Below the pieces are notes generated by a model, which was not told where the DNA came from, ran no database searches, and saw nothing but the letters and a program-made list of their open reading frames with translations. A program made the translations under genes and the position numbers. DNA of 64,000 bases from Monocercomonoides exilis PA203. Lineage: Eukaryota > Protista > Preaxostyla. Below are positions 1 to 12,160 of this stretch, piece by piece. Location of the stretch: assembly GCA_001643675.2 (NCBI GenBank), contig LSRY02000019.1, positions 806,001-870,000 of the forward strand, given 5' to 3'. The stretch's first letter is position 1, and each line of letters begins with the position of its first letter.

Positions 1-2107
1 CACGTACAATCCTTAATGGACTGAAATGATCGAGAACATCGCTTCGCCGCACATTCACCAAGCTGATAGGCCAGATCTAATTGCAAGAGTATTCAAACTC
101 AAGCTCGATGAATTAATGAGAGACATAAAGAAGGGAATACCATTCTGTTCACTCAAGGCATATGTATATAAAATTGAGTTTCAGAAAAGTGAACTACCGC
201 ATTGCCATTTGCTTCTCACTTTGCATGATCAAAACAAACCAATAACATCAGAGGATATTGACAAACGCATATGTGCAGAAATTCCCCTTCCCAGTGAAGA
301 TGGATCAAATAATAATTTGAGAGAAATAGTATTGATGCATATGGTTCATAGATCATGTGGGTTAGATAAACCAAATGCCCAATGAATCGCTGATGGAAAG
401 TATCAAAAGCTCTTTCCGAAACAAATTATGTGAAGAAACAACCAAGGATAGACAAGGTTTCATTACATACAGAAGAAGAAAAGGTGAAGTGGTCTTTTTA
501 AACAAAAAAGAAATTGATAATAGATGGATCGTTACATACAATCCCCACCTGCTTCGAAAGTTCAATACTCATATCAACGTTGATATATGTTCCTTTGTAA
601 ACAGTGGAAATATCTTTACAAATATGTGCACAAAAGTCCAGATAGAGCTCGCATGAAAATTTTGAACAAATAAATTTCTTTAAGTTCAGATGGATCAATA
701 ACAATCACTTCTCCATCTTAATCCGCATCCACATTGAATTCATCTTCAACGATCTCTTATTATGTGAAGACAGAAAATGAATAAGAAAATAGAGAAACAG
801 AAAAAATAGACGAAATCAGAAACTTTATTGAAATGAGATATATCAGATCCCCAAAAGCATGTTGGAGGTTGTTCGAATAATGAATTCAAAGAATGTCACA
901 AACTATATTTTGTTTGGCTGTTCATCTTCCTGACAAGCAGTTTGTTTTCTTTCGTCTGGGAAAAGAATATAAAGCTATGGAAAAGGCACAACACAAAGAT
1001 TCAACGCTGACTGCATTCTTTAAATTGAAAGCTGAGAGTCAAAAGAAATATGGAGAGAACATTTCAGATGATCCCCATAATTCAAGATCTTTGACATATT
1101 CAGAGGTTGGAAGCAAATTCATTTTCGACAAAAAGATTCATTCCTGGAAATATCGAAGCTACAAATCAAAAATTGTCACAAGGTTGTACACAGTCAGTCC
1201 AAGAGATCAAGAAAGATATTATCTTCGTCTGCTGCTTTTGAATGTTATAGGTCCAACATCTTATGAGTATCTGAAAACATACGACAACCACATTCATAAC
1301 ACTTTCAAGGAAGCCGCAGCATCCAGAGGTTTGTTGTCAGAAGATTTTAACTGGGACCAATGTTTGGAAGAAGTTCCCTCAGTTGGATTGCCAAATCAAC
1401 TCCGAAAGGTATTCGCACAAATTCTGATTTTCAACAATGTTGTAAATCCAGAGGAGTTGTGGAAGAAATTCAAAAAGAACAAGTCCGAAGATTATTTGAT
1501 GAAAGGAGACGAGGAAAATTCCGCGTATTTAAAAGCTTTCTACGATACGTATTTTTTATTTCGTTCCGAAAATAAAAATCTTGAAGATCTGTTATCTGCC
1601 CCTCCCTGACCTATACCCATTAAATGCATTGATGATTTATCACAAGATGATCAAATATTATTAGCTTCAAGAAATATTCAGTTGCTAAATGAAAAACAAA
1701 AGGAGGCGTTTGAGAGTATCAAAGAAAGAATCCTGAGTTCATCTCTAGGTTCAACAGTGCGCAATTGTCATTTTTTGGATGGACCAGGTGGAAGTGGTGA
1801 AACTTTTCTATGCAAAGTGATTTTCCATTATTTGTCTGCACATTCAGTTATATGCCAATGTGTTGCTTGGACTGTGATCGCTGCATCTTTGCTCCAAAAG
1901 GGAAAGATGTTCACTGTTTTTTTCCTCTTCTTGTGCCCGTTGAGGAACATAATGCAATTTCTCTAATGGAACAAAATTTATAAATAGCTCGATCATTTAG
2001 AAAAGTGTTATGTATTATTTGGGATGAGGCATCAATGGAAACGTAATGTTCATTAAATGACAACAATATTCTTCTTCACGATCCACATGAGAACAAGGAA
2101 TGGCATA
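1..2107 (+). pseudogene. Helitron Rep/helicase, degenerate 5' portion (HUH Rep domain through PIF1 helicase motif II)
   Basis: Fragmented ORFs contain the Rep motif YVYKIEFQKSELPHCHLLL, DNRWIVTYNPHLLRKFNTHINVDIC, ERYYLRLLLLNVIGPTSYEYLKT, the Walker A LDGPGGSGETF and IIWDEASM (~2015-2040). Multiple stops and frameshifts. Confidence 0.92.
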
Positions 2108-2267
2108 GGTCTGAATTGTACCATTTTTTCTGCTTTGTTTTGGTAATTTTGAATTTAAAATTGTGAAATATCATAATTTTCTATTGCCTAAATCGATCGG
2201 AATAAAAAAAAAATAGCTTCACTTTATTTTTTCGATTTTTTTGTATTGATTACATATCCCATAATAA
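2108..2267 (+). repeat. Left TIR of the Merlin-like element
   Basis: Reverse complement of 8953-9113 with only about 5 differences. Confidence 0.93.
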
Positions 2268-2307
2268 AATTCTCATTTTTCATATTTTTTTTCTATCGAT
2301 TATTTCG

Positions 2308-3926
2308 GTGGAAATGATTTCTGAAAAAGGAAAGCCTTCGTTGATAACATTTCCTGAATTTCTTATTGCTTCTGGAGGATATGATGATTATGTGTTACAC
2401 ACTTTAAAGAAGTTAGGATTAATTAGTGAAGAAATTACTTGTCCACTGTGCAAAAGAAAAATGAAATTAAAAAAAGGGATGAAAGCGAAGAATAATTATT
2501 CGTATAGATGATTGAAATGTCAAAAAGAGTACTATTGGAATAAAAATTCAATCTTAGAAATAATAAAACTCAGTCCTTTTAATATTATGTGCCTAATCTA
2601 CCATTTTTGGTATACGCACTCTGTGGAAGAAACAGTTGACGAAACAAATACTTCGAAATTTTCTGTATAAAAATTCAACCAACTGATGAGAAGAATTTGT
2701 GTATTTATTGAAATGAATCGAAATGAAAAATTAGGAATTGAAAGAAACGTAGAACTTGACGAAACATAAATTACATAAAACAAGAACGGAATTGGAAGAA
2801 TAAGAGAGCAACAATGGCTCTGGGGAATCGTTGAAAGAAAAGAAAAAGAAACGGATCAGAAAATGAAAGTTGAATTTTATCCGGATAGAACAGAAGAGAC
2901 ATTAGTGAAATGTGTGAAAAAGCACGTGGACAAAACATAGAAGCTAAAATCTGATAAATGGTCAGCATATGGCGGAATAGAAAAAGAAGGATATGAACTC
3001 AAAAGTGTCAACCACTCGGAACGATTTAAAGATGAACACGATCACACAATACATACTCAAACAATTGAGTGTATGTAGTCTCACTTGAAAGAAAATATAC
3101 CAAAAAGGGGAAGATCATTTACAAAAAAAAAGTATATATATATAAATTTATATATTGATTAAATATTCACAAAAGTCAACAAAAATTTCTAAGCGATTTA
3201 TTAACAGTAAATGCAAAAGAACTGAATACATTTTTGAAGACTTTCGAAGATTGTGAAAAAGAGATTGAAACTATTCAAAAAGAATAAAAGAAGAAGATGA
3301 ATGAATTATACGAGATGAAAAAAATTGAAGAAGAAAAATCAAATCAAGAATGTGTTTTGAATGATACCGATGATCTTGATAAATTACCAAAAAAAAAAAC
3401 AAAGAGAAACAGAATCAATGAAAAAGAAACAGAAGAAACAAATAACACTGATAGCAATCATGAAAAATGTTCCATTGATGAAAATGATGAAGAAGATTGA
3501 TCTTCGTTATATGATTTCTTTGAAGAGGATAGTTCGTCTGATGATCTTTGTTATTTGTCTTTAACTAATGATGCATACAACCCTTCTAAAAAGAAAATGA
3601 ATGACCTGAACTACAACCTGCACGAACTTAACGGACATTATGATTTTCAGCACGAAGAAAATGAACACGTTGAAGAAGATGAACATAAGAAGTTTGAAGG
3701 AAAGTCCAATCACCAAAATGCAGATGAAATATCCAAGGATCAAATGATGAAAAGGAAAGAAATGAAAGAACTATCACAAACAACAAAGATGAACATGTAT
3801 AACTCTTTGATAACAAGACATGTTCAAACAGAAGAATCAGAGTTATATAAAGAATGGACTCTATATTATGTTCATCAACGTCAAAAGGCTTCAGAAAAAA
3901 GTTTCAAAAAAAAAAGAAGCAAATAA
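2308..3926 (+). pseudogene. IS1595/Merlin-family transposase pseudogene with an acidic C-terminal tail
   Basis: Zn-ribbon CPLCKRKM, VELDET, QQWLWGIVE, D(K)WSAY and VNHSERFKD..HTQTIECM*SHLK are spread over broken frames. Confidence 0.85.
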
Positions 3927-4199
3927 AACAATCCTCTCAATTTAAACTTCTCAGGAGCTGAATGAAGAATAAAACAATTGGTTCACCAAATAAGCCAATA
4001 ACTCTTCCGTAACAAAACCCACAAAAGTTGAAAAAAATCATCAACGACCACAACATGCTTCTTTTTTTTTCACTTCACAATTAATAGATCTTTCACAATT
4101 CTCTGAAGATCAAACATAATTTCATTTATTTCTATATTTGAAAATTTATATAATAATGATGAAGGGGTTTTTTTTAATGAACGAAAATTAATGAGAGAT

Positions 4200-7100
4200 T
4201 TATATTATCCGACGATTTGCCTGAATAAGTTCGTCATTGCTCATAGAAAAAGCACTATCCAAGTTTGCATCAATGCTGTTTGCTAAACGTGGAAGAATAA
4301 ACATAAGATGGCAGCAGTTCGCTGGAAGAGAACGAAGTGAAAAGAGACTTTTCTGGATCTCCCTCCAAAATGTAAGCGACGCGGCGGAGGAGACGCAGAG
4401 ATAGTGCAGACGAAGGAGGCACGTATGCAAATGTGGACAGCACATTCATCATCTCCAAGCCGACGCACGTCTCCTCAAAGCAGAACTGCGAGCTGCCTCC
4501 GTTTGCTGCCTCGTTGACTGCCAGCTGGGCGACAACGTCTGTGTGCTGTGACATTCCCAGCGTGGAGCTGCTGAGGATGCTCTTTTCGAGCGACGTGAGG
4601 AAGTCGAAGGAAGCTGACCAGATGGACACGTTCTGCCTCAGAGGAAGCGGGCCTGCCTGGTTGAATGGACAGGAGGTGATGAAAGTGATGGGGGAAGAAG
4701 AAAGAGGCGGATTGAAAAGCTTTTGGACAACTTGGACAAGTGAAGATGCTCCATCAGAATTCAATTCACTGAATGGATTTTGGGAAGCGTTATTTGATTG
4801 ATGAGTTCGAGTTGTGAATAAATCAGAAGGATAATCATTATTCTCATAATCGATTGTGGAATCATTCGAATTATCTCTTTCACTTCATCTTCTTGCATTA
4901 ATTTCCATTGCAGACAGAACAAGTGACACAGCATCCTTTTGAGGAGAAGGAGTATTAGAAGATGCAGATCTCTTCGAATTTCTGACTGCCATAAGAGAGG
5001 TGAACGGAAACTCTTGGTTGTTGTGCTTATCTGATTGCCCAGAAATAGTTTCACTCGAAATTTGCTGACTTGGTGAAAAAGTGTGCTCAGATGATTTTGT
5101 TATGAGCACTTTGTGAATAAGACTCAATGCGCTATCATCGCTACGTGAATCATGTGAATACAACTTTCTAGAAGGAGACTGTGGAAGCAGGCTGAAATCA
5201 ACAGAAGCTATTCGAGTGAGCAGATGAATACAGAGGACAACAATACCATCTGCACGATAGACAAAGGAAGGAAGGAGGAATAAAGGCAGAGAAGCAGAAA
5301 GAGAAAGAGAGGAAGTGGAACAAGATGCTGCTCCCTTTTCTTTCAAGGGAGATTTTGGAATGGATTGAGATGTGCTTGAAGGAGACTGCAAAGTATTATT
5401 TGCAGCAACAATCTGTGAATCACTTGAAGATTCATTTGCCTCATGTGATGCTTGCTCTTCATTGGCTGTTGACTGAGTTTCTGAAATTTTCTGCCTTTTG
5501 TCTTCTTTTCCTTTGGCTTCAGTTTCAATTTCTTCTCTTTCTTCTTCGCTTCCTTCATCTGATTCATCATCTGTATTTTCATCATCTTTATTCTTCTTTC
5601 CACCGAGAAACGAAAACATGCCCCCGATGGCTGATGTTAACTTAGCTGCTTTGTTTGCCACTGCTGATAACGCATCGGTTGTTAAATCAGCAATCCCCCC
5701 AATCATATTCTGCATTGCAAGAACAAGATGCTTTCCTGTCGATCCTTTATCTGTCTCTTCTTCTTCCTCTTCCTCTTCAGCCTCATCGTCGCTGTCATCA
5801 TCCAGCTGATTCAGTCTGTCTCGCTCTTCCATCACAGCTCTCTTCCTTTTTCTGAGTTCTTGTTCAACCAACTGCCGATGGAACATCCACATTGCAGCAG
5901 GGTTTGAAGGAGGCGACTGAGCAGGTGTTGAGCGGAACAAATTGAGGAGAGAAATCGAAGAAGAGAGAAGAGTGATAAACAGATAGGCAGAACGCACTTG
6001 CATGTCGATTGTGGAGAATGTGGTGAGAAGATCAGAAATTGTCGAATGGAGCGGATAAAATAGCACAGAATGGAAACAGGATGAAGAAAACATGAAGTTC
6101 AGCGTGGGAGTCAACGGCGCTCCAGTCCGGTTGTAATAAGAGGACGACGACGATTGTGATGACAAAGTTGAATGCTGAACAGATGAACTGGGATCAACAG
6201 ACACCAAAGATGTTTGAAGAGACCGATTCGCATTTGAAGCCTGCGATGCACCAATTGGCATAAACGAAGACACAGATGATGGCACGATGATGTCTGGTGA
6301 TGGGATGCTAATCAATGGCTGTGCAATTTTCTCGCTTTGTGTCTGATTTTCTGTTTGTGCTGTTGACTTTGCTAGCTTTTCTTTCAAAGTGCTCTGAACA
6401 GACGGCGAAACCATCGATGCACAGCCTGAAGTCATTGAGCGTTTGCACTCCTCCAGATATAAACTGTCCCAGTGTGAAATTCGCCCTCTGAGTGTAAGGC
6501 TCATTGGCAGCGCGGAGAACGACAAGAGTGGCGTGAGTGTTGGCGGAGCAAAGAGTAGATGACAAAGAGTGGGAAGAGCAAGCTCAATGCAGAACGAATG
6601 GAGATCTTTGTGAGGAAGCGTAGAGAATAAGAGAGTGTAGCAGCATCGCACAAAGGAAGAGCCGAACATTAGAAGAAGCAGAGAAGAAGTAGAGGATGAG
6701 GAAGGCGGCTCAAGCGAAGGAATATCTGAGAGGAAAGAGAGGGAGAATGGAGAAGCCTTTTTGGTTGTCTCTGACACAGGTGGTGGAGCAAGCAGTGAAA
6801 AAGCAGGAGTTGCCGATGGATTCAGCTGATAAGTTTTCTCTTTTTATGAGCTTTCTTCGTTTTCCTCTTTCTTTTTCTCCTTCCCCACACCCAGCAGTTG
6901 TTCTGCAAAGACAAAGAAATGGATGCAATCAACTGGATTGTCCATGAAAAGGCGTGTGAGAGTCGTGGCGACTGCTCTTGTGGACTCAACTGGAGTCAAG
7001 AGTGTGGTGAGGATGTAAAGAGAAGCAGACACAAGCTAAATGAACTGCGAAGACGGAGAGGAATCAAAGAAAAACGAGGAATCGAGTTCACGTGTAGCAT

Positions 7101-8739
7101 TCAATTGCGCTTGGAAGGATGAAATCATGGCGCACGAAGCAGTTCTGGAAGGAGCATTGTTTTGAATAGCTGCAAAAAGAAGGCAAACAATTGGAAGGAC
7201 AGCACGAACAAGGCGATCGTTGAGAAAGACAGAGCTGAAAAGTGAGCTTCTTTGATCAGTGCGTGAACGAAAGAAAAGATTGGTTTGAACTTGGGAAGAT
7301 AAATCAGTGATGGAAGGAGGAGGAGAAGGAGGAGAAGGAGGAGGAGGTGAAATGACTGCATAACCAATAATAAGGGGAAATGTTGATAGTGCAGTTTGAA
7401 TTGAAGAAGAAGAAAATGATGATGATGAAAAGTGTGGAATAGGGGGCTCTTGTACAGGTCCAGATGAGTTTGATGTTGATGAATAGGAGCGCTGGAACGA
7501 TGACACTTTGGAAAGTGAAGCAGACGGAGACAGTCACACGTCTTCAACTTTAGATCAATTCGATTGTTCCCTGATGGCGTTGGAACGGTCAGAAAGAGAT
7601 GGAAGTGACTCTGAGTTTTTAGTTGTCAAGCCATTTGACATGTCTCTCTGATATTTCATCAGAGCATTCAGCAGCTAGCAAATGATGGAATATGCATCTG
7701 TGATTATTGGAGTGGTTAGCGCATAAAGAATGCAGTCTTTTCCTGTATGACTCGTTTCAGTATATACAGTTGACGAGGATCCGCTGAAAGCTGTGTTGAT
7801 TATCTTCTTGCTTTGCCTGTCCGTTTGCGTTGCTTCGAGAAGAGACAGAAGTCTTAACTCCATATTTGAGTCGAGGAAGTATGAAGATATTGCAGGGACA
7901 GAGAAAAGCGATGAGGCAATTGCGAGCATCACCGAGGTGATTGGAAGGAGGAGTATACAATCGCAATGGGTGAGGTCATACAGAGCATGCAAAGGAAAGA
8001 GTTTGACGAGCTGCAAGACAGAAACATGACTGATGGAACAGCAGTTTTCGAGCATCTCAGACAAGTGGTGAAGAATTAGTGATATCGGGAAGAGTATTCC
8101 AGGCTGAAAAGTTTTGTTGTGTGTACTGGAAGAACAAGAAGCTGAAGAAGTAGCTGAAGAAGTGGCTGCAGAGGAATGTGTCATTGATGATGAAAGCGAA
8201 GCAAACGGAATTAATTCTTTATCTGATATGTCAAACTCATCTGTCTGGTTCATAAGCACAACCGTGTGCAAGAATGAAGGCTGCTGCATCAAGTGAGACA
8301 GGAACAGCATCGCAACCAGGTTTTCCTCGCTGGTGAGGGCAGCAGGAGGGAAGTGGTAGTCCGGATCGCTCGTGGATTTGAGCTTGCTGCTCTGCCGCTG
8401 CACATCCGAAGTATTTTTCTGGTGCAGAGCAGAAAATGCACTAAAACGCTTTTTCTGCTCCTGAATGTTTTGTTTGTCTAGTTTGGGTGTTTGTGGCTGG
8501 TCGGAGGAATAAGAGGAATGAGAGGAGTCCGAAGAGCCTGTTGGATCTGAAGTAGAAGAAGATGAGCTAATTGAAGCGTCAGTTGAAAAGTGATTCTCTT
8601 CTTGTGCTGTTTCATCTCCTTCATTTGCTTCGCAAGAATTTGGCGCTGATTGCTGTGCATTGTCTGATTCAGAAGAAAGAACACCCGGCGCTTCTTTTTC
8701 AGATTCCGCAGAATATTGATTAGGAAATTGATGCAAAAT
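4200..8739 (-). pseudogene. Captured, decaying host-like gene fragment (large Ser-rich protein of unknown function)
   Basis: Collinear minus-strand ORFs (7675-8736, 7036-7506, 6844-7032, 4885-6777, 4270-4764) have host-like composition and are broken by in-frame stops and frameshifts, not by AT-rich introns. The segment begins after a TTTAG splice-acceptor-like site at 8741-8740. Confidence 0.7.
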
Positions 8740-8952
8740 CTAAATCAATTATGTTTGTATTTGATACTAGTCCTTTTTAATTATTAACAACACAAATTCA
8801 AAAAATACTTAAAGATAAAAAGAAAACTGACAAACTGTAAAAAATATATCGAGATTTGTTCTGTTTTTCAAAAAACATATCAAATTGTGAAATATCGGAA
8901 AACAAAATGTATTTTTGTGGTTTTGATCAAAATATCGTGAAAAATATTAATA

Positions 8953-9113
8953 TTATTATGGGATATGTGATCAATACAAAAAAATCGAAATAATAAAGTG
9001 AAGCTATTTTTTTTATTATTCCGATCGATTTAGGCAATAGAAAATTATGATATTTCACAATTTTGAATTCAAAATTTCCAAAACAAAGCAGAAAAAATGG
9101 TACAATTCAGACC
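8953..9113 (-). repeat. Right TIR of the Merlin-like element
   Basis: Reverse complement of 2108-2267. Confidence 0.93.
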
Positions 9114-9607
9114 TATACCCTCTCCAGCTTCATTTAAAGGTCGGTGCAATTGTTATTCTACTCAGAAATTTGGACCTCGCAAACGGACTTTGCAACGGAA
9201 CAAAACTAATAGTGGAGCAGCTGGGGAAGCAGTGTTTTAGATGCAATCCAATTTCGAATTCATTTGATACATATTCTTCTGTAATTCTTGCTCCAATACT
9301 GATAACAACCAGAGGCAGGACGCTGCCATTTTGTCTCAAACGCCTGCAGATCCCGGTTCGGGTTTCTTTTGCTATGACCATTAACAAAGCGCAAGGGCAA
9401 TCTTTTTCACACGTTGGGTTGTATCTTCCAAACCCAGTTTATTCTCATGGTCAACCGTATGTTGCCATGAGCAGATGTCATTGCAGTAAATATTTATTTA
9501 TTGCACTTCCTCAGAAGAGAGAAAATCAACAAAACAAGGTTGTGAACATCGAATGTAAAGAATTAATTCAAAAACGAACTGTTTTTGTCTACGCATTTCC
9601 GAAATAA
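9114..9607 (+). pseudogene. Helitron PIF1-like helicase C-terminal fragment
   Basis: LKVGAIVILLRNLDLANGLCNGTKL...RLQIPVRVSFAMTINKAQGQSF...VYSHGQPYVAMSR are the PIF1/Helitron helicase C-terminal motifs. Confidence 0.92.
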
Positions 9608-11089
9608 GCCATCTTGACAATTTGGATTTTTAATATCTCATTTCATGCATAATAAATAATTTCGCTTCTTATTTAATAAATAGAAATTTTTTCCACATTA
9701 ATATTTCCATATTTCTTTTTATTTCTTTTTGATCCTTGACTTTTTTCATTCATATATGATAAAAATAAGTTTGATCGATTAAATATATTGTTTTTTTGGA
9801 GAAAAAAAGCAAAACATTAAAAAATAAAAAAATTATTATACATACAGAAACCAATATCAACTTTTAAATAAGTAATGTGTGTCAATTTGTCTTCGCATAA
9901 TGAGAAAGAAAGGTTTTTGCATTTGTGAATTCAAACGCAGCGAAAATTTTGTGTTTAATCATGAAAATATAACGTCATCTATTTTTTCAGTTCTTTGTTG
10001 CAATTGCTGTTGTTGATTTTCAATTATCACGGTTTTGTTCAATCATAGTTTCAACATCATTTGCGTTATCACATAATTATTTCGAAAGAACATTTTTTTT
10101 TACAAAATAACACTTCCTTGACAAATATTTATTTATGACTAATGTTTGTTTGTTTAATTTCTTTTGTTTATTAATTTTCTGTTTTATTAGTTTTGATTTC
10201 ATTCGGAAAGAGAAACATTGAATTATTTGTTTTGTGGATGATACAAAATAATTGTAGTAATAAGAAATTCTTTGTCTAATAATCAAGAAAGTCTCTATTT
10301 TCAAATTGTACAATTTTTTGTTGAGTAATTTATCTGATCGTGGATCATTCAATTTCCCAATTCTTCGAATAACATTTAATAACTTAGAAGAACAATTCTT
10401 AACAACATAGGAACAAATTTTGCTCAAGTTTAACATTGCTTCAAAATTATGGAAAAATTGAAAAAAAACTGATCTTTTGATTATTAACTGTTTTCAATTG
10501 TTATTATGTGAATTTTTTATCAAATTACAAAATATTAAATGAATATTTATAGATTTTTTGAAATTCCAAAAACAACATAAACGTAACATCAAAAAAAGAA
10601 ATAAAATTAAATTGTTCCAATCTTTCATTGAAAATGAAGAAATTCGCTGAAGAACAACAAATAGACTTCAATTTCCAATAATTGAATGAAAAAATGTTCA
10701 ATTATCAGAAAAGGAGATTGTAATCGCCAATTTTGTTGAAAATGAAATTGATATAGAATAAAAATAATATTGAATGAAAGATACATGCATTTTCCTTATG
10801 CATTTTAATTTCCTAAGTGTGATCACAAGCACTCACCTTTGGGAACCTTCTTCATCCAACAGAAAATTTAATAGAAAAATGTGCTTTCTGATTATCCACA
10901 GATGCGTCAAAGCTACATATTGCGGCATATTGAAAATATAGCTGAAATTTAATATAGATATTTTTGTATTCAAAATACACCAAAGTTAAACATTGATTGT
11001 TTATAATATTGTTTTTCGTTGAAAAAATTCATTTTTCATATTCATATATATTTATATATGAAATATTCGTTTTTCACATGTTAATGGGT

Positions 11090-12160
11090 TTTGATCTTTC
11101 TTGTGATGCAATTTACTGAAGCTATAGAGAAAAAAAATTTCTGTTGCTGCTTTGTCCAACATATTTCATGAAACTGATAGAGCTTGGAAATGGTTTTTTG
11201 AAAAAGCTTTTTCGAATAAACAGAAAAAATGTTCATAATGCAGGAAAGATGTGAAAATGAATAGCGAACGAAATAGTTTTATAAATTTCCATTGTTCATC
11301 TTGCCGAATTAAACGATGAGTTTTGCACGGAACTGTATTCAGCTAAAGCAAATGACCTTTTCATAAAATTATGATTGTTATTTTATTCTGTTGGATTGGA
11401 TTAGCTTCAAAACATATTAAAATGTTAACAGACGTGTCTTTCTATACAATTGGTTATTGGAAAAGCGTCATAAGAGTAGTTTGCACAAGGATATGGAATC
11501 AATCGATAAAGAAAATTGGAGGGCTTGGAAAAGTGGTGGAAATAAAAGAGGCAGTATGGAGGAGGAGGAAATTTTCGAGAGGAAAAAAAGGATCTTTTGT
11601 GGACATTCGGTTCAGTGGAAAGAAAAGAAGGTGGAGGCGCAGGGAGGAATTTCGTAATGATTGTGCCCGATCGTTCTAAAGAAACATTAATCCCGATAAT
11701 TAAAAAAATGGATTTTCACAGGTGCAACCATTTATTGTGATGAATGGAAAAGTTATTCTTGCCTCGGAAAATGTAGATACAAGCACTTGACTGTTTGTCA
11801 CAAAAGAAATATAGTCGATCCAATAACAAAGGCGTACACGAATACTGTGAAAGGACTCTGGAGTTATTAAGGGTATTTTTTCCTTTGCCATGGCATCAGA
11901 AAAACATTTTTTGCAGTTTGTTCATCAATGTGGCTTGTTCAACGCAACTTACACGTTAATTTCGAAGATCTTTTTTCTGAATAAATTTGATTTCAGCCTA
12001 AAAATCAGCCCATTATTATTTCTGATCAAAAAGAAATCTAAGAAATTGACGAAGAAGTTCCAGATGCGAATGATATTCTTGTCGTTAATGACGAAAGTGA
12101 AATGGAGGATGATGAATTAGGGGCTGGGGATGGAATGGATGCTTCAGAATATGAAGATAA
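11090..12160 (+). pseudogene. IS1595/Merlin-family transposase remnant
   Basis: KIGGLGKVVEIKEAVWRRRK, WTFGSVERK, VPDRSKETLIPII, CDEWKSY and TKAYTNTVKGLW occur across broken frames. Confidence 0.8.

Larger units (their letters stand above)
2108..9113 (+). mobile_element. Merlin/IS1595-type DNA transposon with ~160-bp TIRs carrying a captured gene fragment
   Basis: Near-identical inverted repeats at 2108-2267 and 8953-9113 (GGTCTGAATTGTACC...GGTACAATTCAGACC) enclose an IS1595-like transposase pseudogene and interrupt the Helitron ORF. Confidence 0.88.

Noticed and set aside
1608-1618. GACCTATACCC also found at 9110-9120, a possible TSD or recombination site
   Set aside because: It lies 490 bp from the left TIR, not at the junction, and is probably coincidental.
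4885-8736. Assigning the captured gene to the FAM160/FHIP family
   Set aside because: Only a vague resemblance of hydrophobic helices, which cannot be supported without an HMM search.
4200-8739. Stop-codon reassignment (TAA/TAG read as Gln) as an explanation for the broken ORFs
   Set aside because: The 8.4-kb CFAP43 exon has no in-frame TAA or TAG, intact genes end in TAA or TAG, and the broken ORFs also contain TGA stops and frameshifts.
9047-9113. ATG-initiated 186-aa helicase ORF as a real gene
   Set aside because: Its first ~22 codons come from the right TIR, so it is a chance fusion to the helicase remnant.
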